Position numbers and translations under genes: made by a program. A stretch of DNA of 64,000 bases from contig CAZQEW010000001.1 of the NCBI GenBank assembly GCA_964591495.1, positions 5,503 to 69,502 on the forward strand, read 5' to 3'. Under the pieces are notes generated by a model. It was given only the letters and a program-made list of their open reading frames with translations, was not told where the DNA came from and did no database searches. This document shows, piece after piece, positions 35,653 to 44,632 of the stretch; within the stretch, counting starts at the first letter, position 1, and every line of letters starts with the position of its first letter. The stretch is from an uncultured Klebsiella sp. (GTDB taxonomy: Bacteria; Verrucomicrobiota; Verrucomicrobiia; Limisphaerales; SXTU01).

Positions 35653-36432
35653 TCAGCCTCTTGGCCGCAGGCCCACGAGACACCGCGCGGCGAAGAGGCG
35701 CGGGCACGCGGACAGCACGCCGTCCAGTTTGCGCAAGGCCCCGAGCAGGCCCGCCGGATACATCGCCGGCTTGCTGAACCCGCCGCACAGCACGTAGTGG
35801 AACGCGCTGAACGCCTCGCGGTGGAAAACCTCCCAGCCCTCCGGCCAGCCTGGCCGTTCGTCCCGGAAGAACAGCCGCGTGGCATTGCCCTGCGCCGCGT
35901 AGTAATCGCGCGGGCGCGGCAGCTCCGTCGCGAAGTTGATGGGCGCATTGATCGCCACCGGCTCGTGATGGAGCAGGCCATAGACGGGCCAGCTCGCCAG
36001 GCTGATGTAGGGATCGAAGACGATGACGCGCCCGCGCGGGTGCAGGGCGCGCCGTGCCTCGCGCAGGAACGCCCCCGGCGCGCGCAGGTGGTGAAAGACA
36101 TCGAAGAGGATCAGGTGCGACAGGCTCCCGTCCGCGAACGGCAGCTCATAGCCGTCACATACCACGTCCAGCCAGGGATTGGGAAAGAGGTCGGTGGCAA
36201 TGCTCTGCGGCAGGTGGGCCTTGAGATTCCCCACGCCGGAACCGATCTCGACGATGGCCCCCGGCAGCGACGTGTCGATCTGCGCGAGGATGCGCTGGTA
36301 AAACCCCGCGTAGATCTCGCGCAACAGCGGCTTGCCCTGCCACGCCCGGAGGTTGGCCTCGATCTCAATCTGATGCTGTTCGAGGGCGATGCTCACGGCC
36401 GGATTGAACCACGGATGAACGCGGATGAACAC
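35653..36432 (-). CDS. Class I SAM-dependent methyltransferase
   Basis: This is the C-terminal 259 codons of track ORF 35653..36879; the upstream part is an Arg/Gly-rich artefact overlapping the next gene. The proposed start is GTG at complement(36432). SAM motif I is IVEIGSGVGNL and the post-I/II region is LPFADGSLSHLILFDVFHHL...LHPRGRVIVFDP. Confidence 0.68.
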   Translation of the reverse strand: MFIRVHPWFNPAVSIALEQHQIEIEANLRAWQGKPLLREIYAGFYQRILAQIDTSLPGAIVEIGSGVGNLKAHLPQSIATDLFPNPWLDVVCDGYELPFADGSLSHLILFDVFHHLRAPGAFLREARRALHPRGRVIVFDPYISLASWPVYGLLHHEPVAINAPINFATELPRPRDYYAAQGNATRLFFRDERPGWPEGWEVFHREAFSAFHYVLCGGFSKPAMYPAGLLGALRKLDGVLSACPRLFAARCLVGLRPRG

Positions 36433-36488
36433 GGATTTGCGCCGGCCGCCCGGCGGGGGCAAGCCTTCCGCCCGGGGCGCGTCCGCGC

Positions 36489-37037
36489 CTAATGCTCCCC
36501 CTTGGGCGGCGTGACCAGCCGGTCGATATACGCCAGCAGCAGCGCGGAAATCACGAACGTCATGTGGATGATCACCTGCCACATCATCACCTTGTCCGTC
36601 AGCCGCTCGGCGTTGATGAAGGACTTGAGCAAATGGATGGAGGAGATGCCGATCAGCGCCATGGCCAGCTTCACCTTCAGCACGCCCGCGTTCACATGCG
36701 AGAGCCACTCGGGCTGGTCCGGGTGGTTCTCGAGATGCAGCCGCGAGACAAAGGTCTCGTAGCCGCCGACGATGACCATCACCAGCAGGTTCGCGATCAT
36801 CACCACGTCGATCAGCCCCAGCACCATCAGCATGATATCCGTCTCCTGGATGGAAGTGGTCTTCAGCACCAAGTGCCACAGCTCCCCCATGAACTGATAC
36901 ACATACACCGCCTGCGCCACGATCAGGCCCAGGTAGAGCGGGGCCTGCAACCAGCGGCTCAGGAAGATGAGGCTGTTGAGCGACTGCAACGCGCGGCTAC
37001 GCGCGGCACTGGACGAAATCTCATTGGGCGCGGACAT
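36489..37037 (-). CDS. UPF0114 / YqhA-family inner-membrane protein
   Basis: ORF 36489..37037. [22 protein letters not shown]...[32 protein letters not shown]...[18 protein letters not shown] are characteristic YqhA/TIGR00645 blocks. Confidence 0.8.
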   Translation of the reverse strand: MSAPNEISSSAARSRALQSLNSLIFLSRWLQAPLYLGLIVAQAVYVYQFMGELWHLVLKTTSIQETDIMLMVLGLIDVVMIANLLVMVIVGGYETFVSRLHLENHPDQPEWLSHVNAGVLKVKLAMALIGISSIHLLKSFINAERLTDKVMMWQVIIHMTFVISALLLAYIDRLVTPPKGEH

Positions 37038-37088
37038 GGCGCGCGCTTAATGCCGTCACCCGCCCAGCGCGTCAAGGGGAGAGTCGGG

Positions 37089-38483
37089 TCAACGGATAAA
37101 CTTCATCCTTCGCGCGGCGAAGGCGGTCATGCGGAGGAGGAGCAGACCGTGCTTCCAGCGCTCGATGTTCGTGTCGCCATACGTGCGGGCCTTGTAGCGG
37201 ATGGGCAGGTCGAGGATGCGAAGGTTCAGCTTCGCCGCGCCGAAGAGCAGGTCGAAGTCGCCGAAGGGGTCGAACTCGCCGAAGTAACTGCGGTTCGCGG
37301 CGATGAGCTCGTAGTCCTGGCGGAAGAGGACCTTGGTGCCGCAGAGGGTGTCCTTGATGCGCTGGCCGAGAATCCACGAGAAGGCGTGGCTGAAGAAGTG
37401 GTTGCCGATCATGTTCAGGAAGCGCATGGCTTCCTGCTCCATCGGGTAAACAAGGCGCACGCCGTTGACGAAGTCCGCCGCGCCACTGCGGGCGACCTCG
37501 TAGAACTTGGGCAGCTCCTCCGGCGGCATGGTGAGGTCGGCATCGAGGACCATGAGAAGGTCCCCGGTGGCGGCGGCGAAGGCTTCGCGGCACGCGCCGC
37601 CCTTGCCCTTACTCTGCTGCTTAAGAATCTTGATGTTGCGCTGGGGATACTTGGCGGCGACGCGTTGGATTTCGTCCCAGGTGTGGTCCTTGGAGTGGCC
37701 CTCGATGAAGATGACTTCGGTGCCTTTGCCCAGCTCCGGCGTGCGGAGGACGGCGGCCTCGATGTTGCCGGCCTCGTTGCGCGCGGGGATGACGACGGAG
37801 CAGGTGTAATGGCGGTCGGCCGGCACGGCGGGGCGCGGGCGCGCGACCATGAAGATGGCGAGGGAGAGGTGGCGGAGCAGGGGACCCACCCAGCGGTTCA
37901 GGAGCGGGGCGATGAGGGGCGTGTCCAGCGGCCAGAGGATGCGGGTGTCCTGCTTGACGAGTTCCCAGCCGGCGAGGTGGAGGAGGTTCCGCATGTCGCC
38001 AGCCGAGAGCCAGTTCTGCTGCTGCGTGGGCGCCTTCCAGCCAATCGACTCCGCGAGGGTGAGAATCGGTTTCCAGAGGTTGTTGAAGACATTCAGCACG
38101 AGGCGGGTCTTCGGGTGCGCGACGGCGCGCAGTTTCTCCAGGACGGCCTGCACATCCGGCAGGTCGTTCACCAGATCCGACAGGATGATGTAGTCGAAGG
38201 GTTCGCCGCTGGTGAAGTCGAGCGCGTCGGCGACGCGGAATTCGAGCTGCGGATGGCGTTGCTTGGCGAGCTCGACCATCGCGGGGCTGAAGTCCACCCC
38301 GACGCCGCGGGCGGGCTTCACGGCGGCGAGGGTGTCGCCGAGGCCGCAGCCGATTTCGAGCACACGCTGGCCGGGCGGAACGAGGAAGGCGAAGTGGCGG
38401 TTGAGCAGCGTGTGGTAGGCGCGTTGCGCCTCCTGGACGCGGTGCGGGGCGCGCTGCTCGTAGAAGTCGCGTCGGCTGGTCAT
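37089..38483 (-). CDS. Bifunctional class I SAM methyltransferase / family-2 glycosyltransferase fusion
   Basis: ORF 37089..38483 (464 aa). The N-terminal half has VLEIGCGLGDTL...GVDFSPAMVELAK (MTase). The C-terminal half has CSVVIPARNEAGNI...IFIEGHSKD...VLDADLTMPPEEL (GT2 DxD region). Confidence 0.8.
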   Translation of the reverse strand: MTSRRDFYEQRAPHRVQEAQRAYHTLLNRHFAFLVPPGQRVLEIGCGLGDTLAAVKPARGVGVDFSPAMVELAKQRHPQLEFRVADALDFTSGEPFDYIILSDLVNDLPDVQAVLEKLRAVAHPKTRLVLNVFNNLWKPILTLAESIGWKAPTQQQNWLSAGDMRNLLHLAGWELVKQDTRILWPLDTPLIAPLLNRWVGPLLRHLSLAIFMVARPRPAVPADRHYTCSVVIPARNEAGNIEAAVLRTPELGKGTEVIFIEGHSKDHTWDEIQRVAAKYPQRNIKILKQQSKGKGGACREAFAAATGDLLMVLDADLTMPPEELPKFYEVARSGAADFVNGVRLVYPMEQEAMRFLNMIGNHFFSHAFSWILGQRIKDTLCGTKVLFRQDYELIAANRSYFGEFDPFGDFDLLFGAAKLNLRILDLPIRYKARTYGDTNIERWKHGLLLLRMTAFAARRMKFIR

Positions 38484-38608
38484 GGGCGGCCACTGGCTAC
38501 CGGAAACAAGGCGGACTGGCCAGCGGCAAATGCCGGGCAGGCAAGGACTGATAGACTTAGGAAATGAAAGGTTCCGCGCCAGACCGGATGCGATGGAGGC
38601 TTTTCAGA

Positions 38609-38905
38609 TTACTTCCATGACTTTGCCCAGAGCTTCCGAGAGTCGGGATCAGGGTGTGATTTGCGAAACTCCTCGTCGCTCATGATCTTTGCCAGTAGTG
38701 CCTCGTAATTGCGATAAGGACTGTCCTTTCGCCTCTCAAAACGAATTCTCCCGACTTCAGTCCAGTCGTCGTCTGGAAATAGCAATTCGTAGGGAAGTTC
38801 TTCGTAGGGAATCGACGCATCATAAAAACTGCGCGTCGCGAAGTGCCACCGACGGCCTTTGGCATCCCTGCGTCGTTTCTTTGAGTAACTCCAAGACTCT
38901 TTCAT
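38609..38905 (-). CDS. Hypothetical protein in low-GC islet (orphan)
   Basis: The track ORF 38609..38971 overlaps the topB stop. The internal ATG at complement(38905) gives MKESWSYSKKRRRDAKGRRWHFATRSFYDASIPYEELPYELLFPDDDWTEVGRIRFERRKD.... Its codon third positions are markedly A/T-richer than in neighbouring genes. I recognised no family. Confidence 0.45.
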   Translation of the reverse strand: MKESWSYSKKRRRDAKGRRWHFATRSFYDASIPYEELPYELLFPDDDWTEVGRIRFERRKDSPYRNYEALLAKIMSDEEFRKSHPDPDSRKLWAKSWK

Positions 38906-38951
38906 CAACCGGAGTGAAGAGCTCGAAAGCCTTTGTGCTTCGTCGGTTCTG

Positions 38952-41762
38952 CTACCGCTCGGGGAAGTCAAACTCCACCTTGCCCTTGTCCGCGAGCTTG
39001 AGCTGGGCGGTGAAGGGCTTGCCGGCCTTGGAGATGAACTTGTCGAGCGGGTCGGTCTTGCCGGTGGCGAGGAGCTTCTTCACCTGCGCGCGGTCCACGG
39101 GCTGTTGGAGCACGACCTTGCCGGTCTTGAAGGTGCATTTCTTCGTCTCGAGCTGGCTGCGCTCGCAGAGGTAGGACTCCGGTCCCTCGAAGACGTTGCC
39201 CTTGCACTTGGGGCATTTGCCGAGCGGCTCCTGGCCGGTGAAGTCGAGCTTGGGCTGCGGGGCCTCGTCCTTCTTCGCGCCCTTCGCCGGGAACTTCTTC
39301 TCCCGCGGGGCAAACTCGAAGCCGACCTTGCCGTTGTCGAGCTTGAGGAAGGCTTCGAACTTGCGGCCCGTCTTCTTGGAGACGAAGCCCTTGAGCAGGT
39401 CGGTCCGGCCCTCGGCCAGCAGCTTGGTGATCTGGGCCTTCTCGATGGGCTGCTGGAGGATGATGGCGCCGGTCTTGAAGTCGCACTTGCGGTCCTTGCC
39501 GGTGGCGTGCTCGCAAGAGTAGTTCATGCCATTCTCGAAAACGCGGCCGGCGCACTTGGGGCACTTGCCGAGCGGCTCCTTGCCGGTGAAGTCCACGGGC
39601 GCGGCGTTCTCGTCGTCCTTCTGGTCGTCGCCGAAATCGAACTTGGCCTCGCCCTCGGGGGAGAGCTTCATCACGGCGGCGAAGGGGAAGCCCTGCTTGC
39701 TGCGGAAGCCTTGCAGCGGGCCGACCTGCTTCTCGCGGAGCAGGGTCTCGACTTCTTCGAGCTCGAAGGCCCGGCCGAGGATGACCTTCCACATGTTCCA
39801 GTCGCACTTCTGGCACTGGAACTTCTTGTAGTTCTCGTGGACCTCGCCGCCGCACTTGGGGCAGGGGGCCTTGAGCTTGCCGAAGTCGCCGGGAATGGTG
39901 TCGTGCTCGTAGGCCTTGGTCTGCGCGACGATGCGCTCGGTGAGCGCGCGGATCTCGGCCATGAACCGCTCGCGCTCGAGCTGGCCGCGCTGGATCTGCC
40001 GGAGCTTGAACTCCCAGTCGCCGGTCAGCTCGGGCCGGGTCAGCTCCTGGATGCTGAGCCCGTTGAGGAGGGCGATGAGCGTGAAGGCTTTCGCGCTGGG
40101 CACCAGCTCGCGCTGGTTGCGATGGATGTATTGCTCGTAGATCAGGCCTTCGATGATGGCGGCGCGCGTGGCCGGCGTGCCGAGGCCGCGCTCGCTCATG
40201 GCCTCGCGGAGTTCGTCGTCCTCGACAAGCTTGCCGGCGCCCTCCATGGCGGAGAGGAGCGTGGCTTCCGTGTAGCGCGGCGGGGGCTTGGTCTGGCTGC
40301 CCTTGACCTCGACATCGGAGGTCTTGACCTGCTCGCCCTGCTGCACGGGCACGAGGCTGGGCGCGTCGTCGTCGCCGGCGGCTTCCTTGCCGTAAACTTC
40401 GAGCCAGCCGGCCTTCACAAGCACCTTGCCGGCGCTCTTGAACGGCTCGCCCTCGACGCGTGTGATGCGGGTCGTCTCCAGAAACTCCGCCGCCGGGAAA
40501 AACACGGCGAGGAAGCGGCGCGTGACCAGGTCGTAGAGTTTCTGCTCCGGCTCGGACAAGCCCTTGGGCAGCACGCCGGTGGGGATGATGGCGAAGTGGT
40601 CGGAGATTTTCGCGTTGTTGAAGATGCGCTTGTTCGGGCGCACCCAGTCGTTCGTGAGAATCTTCTCGGCCGGGACGCTGTAGCCGGCCAGGTCGCGCAG
40701 CGAGTCGAGGGTCTTCTTCACCGTGCCGAGGTAATCTTCCGGCAGCGCGCGCGAATCCGTTCTCGGGTAGGTGAGGACCTTGTGCTTCTCGTAGAGTGCC
40801 TGGGCGATCTGAAGGGTCATCCGCGCCGGGAACCCGAATTTCTGGTTGGCTTCGCGCTGCAGGGTGGTGAGGTCGTAGAGCGCGGGCGCGATCTGCGTGG
40901 TGGGCTTGCTTTCCTCGGTGACGATGCCCGGCTTGCCAAGGCACTTGGCGCGCAGCGCGTCGGCCTGCGCCTTGGTCCAAAGCCGTTCAGCCTTCAGCTC
41001 TGCGTCGGCATCTTTCGCGTCGGGCTTCTTGAATTTCTCGTCAAACCAGCGGCCCTGATACGGTCCGGCCTGGGCTTCGAACGTGCCGATGACCTCCCAG
41101 TAGTCGCGGGCGACGAACTTGCGGATCTTGTCCTCGCGCTCGACCACGATGGCCAGCGTCGGGGTCTGCACGCGGCCGACGGTGGTCAGGTTGAAGCCGC
41201 CGGTCTTGTTGTTGAACGCGGTCATCGCGCGCGTGCCGTTGATGCCGATGAGCCAGTCGGCTTCGGCGCGGCTCTCCGCGGCAGCGGCCAGGGGCTGCAG
41301 CTCGGCGTCCGAGCGGAGGCGCGCGAAGCCCTCGCGGATGGACGCGGGCGTCATGGACTGGAGCCAGAGCCGCTGGATGGGCTGCTTGGCCTTGGTGTAT
41401 TCCGTGATGCGGCGGAAGATGAGTTCCCCTTCGCGCCCGGCGTCGCAGGCGTTGATGAGCGCGTCCACGTCCTTGCGCTTGATGAGGCGCTGAAGGGTCT
41501 TGAGGCGGGCCTCGGACTTTTCGATGGGGTTGAGCGCGAAGCGGGGCGGGAGATGCGGCAGGTGGGCGAAGGTCCACTTGCCTTTCTTCACATCGTGTTC
41601 CTCGGGGACGCCGAGCTCCAGCAGGTGGCCGACGGCCGACGAGATGACGTGGGTGTCGCTCTCGTAGAACTCGCCGGACTTGTCTTTTTGGAAGCCGCCG
41701 AGCGCCTTGGCGATGTCGCCGGCGACGGATGGCTTTTCCGCGATGATGAGCGCTTTGCCCAT
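38952..41762 (-). CDS. topB: Type IA DNA topoisomerase, topoisomerase III-like, with three C-terminal zinc-ribbon/Topo_C repeats
   Basis: ORF 38952..41762 (936 aa). Toprim motifs are ALIIAEKPSVA and NACDAGREGELIFRRI, close to the Topo III pattern ATDAGREGE. The catalytic Tyr region is LTYPRTDSRALPEDY. The C-terminus has 3 units of C-P-K-C-G/A/K...C followed by QQP(I/V)..AQ(I/V)KKLL..G.TD.L. Confidence 0.9.
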   Translation of the reverse strand: MGKALIIAEKPSVAGDIAKALGGFQKDKSGEFYESDTHVISSAVGHLLELGVPEEHDVKKGKWTFAHLPHLPPRFALNPIEKSEARLKTLQRLIKRKDVDALINACDAGREGELIFRRITEYTKAKQPIQRLWLQSMTPASIREGFARLRSDAELQPLAAAAESRAEADWLIGINGTRAMTAFNNKTGGFNLTTVGRVQTPTLAIVVEREDKIRKFVARDYWEVIGTFEAQAGPYQGRWFDEKFKKPDAKDADAELKAERLWTKAQADALRAKCLGKPGIVTEESKPTTQIAPALYDLTTLQREANQKFGFPARMTLQIAQALYEKHKVLTYPRTDSRALPEDYLGTVKKTLDSLRDLAGYSVPAEKILTNDWVRPNKRIFNNAKISDHFAIIPTGVLPKGLSEPEQKLYDLVTRRFLAVFFPAAEFLETTRITRVEGEPFKSAGKVLVKAGWLEVYGKEAAGDDDAPSLVPVQQGEQVKTSDVEVKGSQTKPPPRYTEATLLSAMEGAGKLVEDDELREAMSERGLGTPATRAAIIEGLIYEQYIHRNQRELVPSAKAFTLIALLNGLSIQELTRPELTGDWEFKLRQIQRGQLERERFMAEIRALTERIVAQTKAYEHDTIPGDFGKLKAPCPKCGGEVHENYKKFQCQKCDWNMWKVILGRAFELEEVETLLREKQVGPLQGFRSKQGFPFAAVMKLSPEGEAKFDFGDDQKDDENAAPVDFTGKEPLGKCPKCAGRVFENGMNYSCEHATGKDRKCDFKTGAIILQQPIEKAQITKLLAEGRTDLLKGFVSKKTGRKFEAFLKLDNGKVGFEFAPREKKFPAKGAKKDEAPQPKLDFTGQEPLGKCPKCKGNVFEGPESYLCERSQLETKKCTFKTGKVVLQQPVDRAQVKKLLATGKTDPLDKFISKAGKPFTAQLKLADKGKVEFDFPER

Positions 41763-42338
41763 GAGTAGCGCGGGCTTCTACACGAGCGCGGGGCGGAAAG
41801 GCAACAGGAGTTTTCTTCGCCCGACCGACGGAAGGCCCCGGCGACACTGACCGGTGAGGGGGGTTCGTAGGCGTTTCCCCTAGTTTGGTCAGGCGGCCGC
41901 CGTATCGCGAAATGGGGTGTCCGCCAATGGTTACGCGGGCTCCTCTTTGCCAGACTCTGGCCAAAACCATTTCGCATCGCTCGGTGCGCCCTCAGTTTTT
42001 TGACTGTCGGCCAATCCGGAGCACGCGATACGGTCGGCTGCCAACCTATGAACACCTTGCGTCTCGTTCCACTCGCCAGCGGGAACCATGATTCGACCGG
42101 CCTCTGCCCCGACGACCCGATGATCCAGGCGGTGCGGTGGCCAGGGATAATTGCCGAGTCGCCGCTCCAACCGGAAACGGAGGAAACCTGCTTCTCCGGG
42201 GTGGAAATTCTGCCTGACTACGCCCATTGCGGCATCAACGAGTAGGCCACCTGAGTGCCTGCACAACAGCGTTGGTGATGGGAGGCTTGGCAAAAGTTGC
42301 TTGTCCGCCATCGGTGCAGCCGTTAACCAAGCCGCGCC

Positions 42339-43091
42339 ATGAATCAACTCGATCTAAAAGGTAAGAACGGAATCGTCACGGGAGGCGCACGCGGAATCGG
42401 TTTCGCCATCGCCACCCGGCTGCTGCAATCAGGCGCGCGCGTTTGTCTTTGGGATCGCGACGCTGAGGCGCTTAAGCAGGCGCAGGAAAAGCTCAGCGCG
42501 CTCGGCAGCGTGTTCACCCAGACGTTGGACCTGACTGATCCGGATGCGGTGTTGGCCGCTGCGGCCGCGACCAAGGCCCAGTGCGGTTCGATCGAACTGC
42601 TCGTCAACAACGCCGGCATCGCGGGCGTGAACGGGAAACTCTGGGAATACACGCCCGACCAATGGCGCGCGGTCGTCGATACCAACCTCAACGCCGTCTT
42701 TTATGTCTGCCGCGCCGTCGTGCCGGTCATGCTGGAGAAGCAATATGGCCGCATCGTCAACATCGCCTCCATCGCCGGCAAGGAGGGCAACCCCAATGCC
42801 TCGCACTACAGCGCAGCCAAGGCCGGCGTTATCGGCCTGACCAAATCACTCGGCAAGGAGCTCGCGCAGAACGGCATCCTCGTGAACTGCATCACCCCGG
42901 CGGTCATTCAGACGGACATCCTCAAGCAGGTGGCACAGTATCACATCGACTACATGCTCTCGAAGATCCCGATGGGCCGCTTCGGCAAGGTGGACGAGGC
43001 CGCAGCGCTGGTCGCTTGGCTTTGCTCGGATGACTGCTCGTTTACCACGGGCGGAGTGTTCGATCTTTCCGGCGGCCGGGCCACGTATTGA
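42339..43091 (+). CDS. Short-chain dehydrogenase/reductase (FabG-like)
   Basis: ORF 42339..43091. TGGARGIGFAIA (TGxxxGxG), NNAG, and the catalytic S...YSAAK motif (HYSAAKAG). Confidence 0.85.
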   Translation: MNQLDLKGKNGIVTGGARGIGFAIATRLLQSGARVCLWDRDAEALKQAQEKLSALGSVFTQTLDLTDPDAVLAAAAATKAQCGSIELLVNNAGIAGVNGKLWEYTPDQWRAVVDTNLNAVFYVCRAVVPVMLEKQYGRIVNIASIAGKEGNPNASHYSAAKAGVIGLTKSLGKELAQNGILVNCITPAVIQTDILKQVAQYHIDYMLSKIPMGRFGKVDEAAALVAWLCSDDCSFTTGGVFDLSGGRATY

Positions 43092-43167
43092 TCCGTCGTC
43101 GTCGGCTGCCTGACCGGCTGCCCGCTCCGGCGTTGAATTGTCGCCGGTCGCGCCGCAACCTCCGGCC

Positions 43168-44568
43168 ATGAGTGCAGCGCGACAGTTCGACTTCGATGTG
43201 GCGGTCATTGGCGGCGGCAGCGCGGGCTATGCGGCGGCCAGCGCCACGGCACGCGGCGGTCGGCGCACGGCGGTGATCGAAGGCGGCCGGGAAGTCGGCG
43301 GACTGTGCATCCTGCGTGGCTGCATGCCGACGAAGGCGCTGCTCTACGCCGCCGAGGTCAAACATCTCGCCGAGCACGCCGCCACGTGGGGCATCCAGGT
43401 GCCGGAAGTCCGTTACGACTTCGCGCAGGTAATGGCGCGCAAGAATGCGATGATCGCCGACTTCGCCGGCTACCGACGGCAGCAGTTGGAGAGCGGCCGA
43501 TTTCAGTTGGTCCGCGAACATGCCCGCTTCGTGGACCCGCACACGGTCGAGCTGTCGGGCGGTGGGCGGCTCACGAGCGAGCACTTCATCATCAGCACGG
43601 GCTCCGTGGTTTCGCCGCTCCCGGTGCCACAACTGGCCGCAATTGGCTGCCTTACCAGCGACGACGCGCTCGCGCTGGAGCGGCTGCCCAAGTCGATCAT
43701 CGTGCTCGGCGGCGGCGCGGTGGCGGTCGAATTCGCGCAGTTCTTTGCACGCTTCGGCGTCCGCGTGACCCTGCTCCAGCGCAGCCCGCACCTGCTCCGC
43801 GACTTTGATGCCGATGCCGCCGAAGTGGTGGAAACCGTCTTCCGCCGCGAAGGCATTGAGCTGTTTACCGGCACGCGGCTGGTGGACGCGCGGGCTGCGG
43901 ACGGGTTGAAACAGATCACCTTCGAGCACGCCGGCCAGACACGCACGGTGAGCGCGGAGGAGATCTTCCACGGACTGGGCCGCTCGCCGAATACCGCCGG
44001 CCTGAACCTATCCGCCGCCGGCGTGACGCTGGCCGCGGGCGGACGCATCGTGACCGACGCGCAGATGCGCACGGCGGTCCCCCACATTTTTGCGGCGGGC
44101 GACTGTGCGGGGCCGCATGAAATCGTCCACCTCGCCATCCAGCAGGGCGAGACGGCGGCGCATACGCTCCTGGGCGCGCGACCGGCGCGCGCGATGGACT
44201 ACCGGCTGCTCATCAGCGTGGTGTTCACGGACCCTCAGGTCGCCTGCGTGGGACTGTCGGAAGGCCAGGCGCGCGCGCAGGGCCGCGATTTCCTGGTGGC
44301 CAGTTACCCCTTCAACGACCACGGCAAGTCCCTGCTGATGGAGGCCAAGGACGGCTTTGTCAAACTTCTCGCCGACCCGCGCACGGGCGAGATTCTGGGC
44401 GGCTCGTGTGTGGGTCCGGCCGGCGGCGAGCTCATTCACGAGATTGTCGCGGCGATGGCGAAGCGCATGACCGTGGCCGAGCTGGCGGCCTTGCCCCATT
44501 ACCACCCGACGCTGGCAGAAATCTGGACCTACCCGGCCGAGGAGCTGGCGGCGCAGGTTGCCGGTTGA
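43168..44568 (+). CDS. Class I pyridine nucleotide-disulfide oxidoreductase (dihydrolipoyl dehydrogenase / mercuric-reductase-like)
   Basis: The track ORF 43138..44568 starts at TTG. ATG at 43168 gives MSAARQFDFDVAVIGGGSAGYAAA (FAD GxGxxG). It has a redox-active CxxxxC (GGLCILRGCMPTK), a second Rossmann motif (VLGGGAVAVEFA) and a C-terminal dimerisation HPT motif (YHPTLAE). Confidence 0.85.
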   Translation: MSAARQFDFDVAVIGGGSAGYAAASATARGGRRTAVIEGGREVGGLCILRGCMPTKALLYAAEVKHLAEHAATWGIQVPEVRYDFAQVMARKNAMIADFAGYRRQQLESGRFQLVREHARFVDPHTVELSGGGRLTSEHFIISTGSVVSPLPVPQLAAIGCLTSDDALALERLPKSIIVLGGGAVAVEFAQFFARFGVRVTLLQRSPHLLRDFDADAAEVVETVFRREGIELFTGTRLVDARAADGLKQITFEHAGQTRTVSAEEIFHGLGRSPNTAGLNLSAAGVTLAAGGRIVTDAQMRTAVPHIFAAGDCAGPHEIVHLAIQQGETAAHTLLGARPARAMDYRLLISVVFTDPQVACVGLSEGQARAQGRDFLVASYPFNDHGKSLLMEAKDGFVKLLADPRTGEILGGSCVGPAGGELIHEIVAAMAKRMTVAELAALPHYHPTLAEIWTYPAEELAAQVAG

Positions 44569-44632
44569 CATCGGCCGCAAACCGGCTACCAGTCCACCGC
44601 TTTGTGCAGCAAACATTAATTCCGACTTGAAC

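Noticed and set aside
42048-42245. The 65-aa ORF could be a remnant of a TsaA/TrmO-like or other known gene, because of the ..VEILPDYAHCG.. segment.
   Set aside because: The resemblance rests on a handful of residues, and I could not align the rest to the E. coli TrmO sequence I recall. I left it as an unassigned candidate ORF inside the intergenic-region finding.
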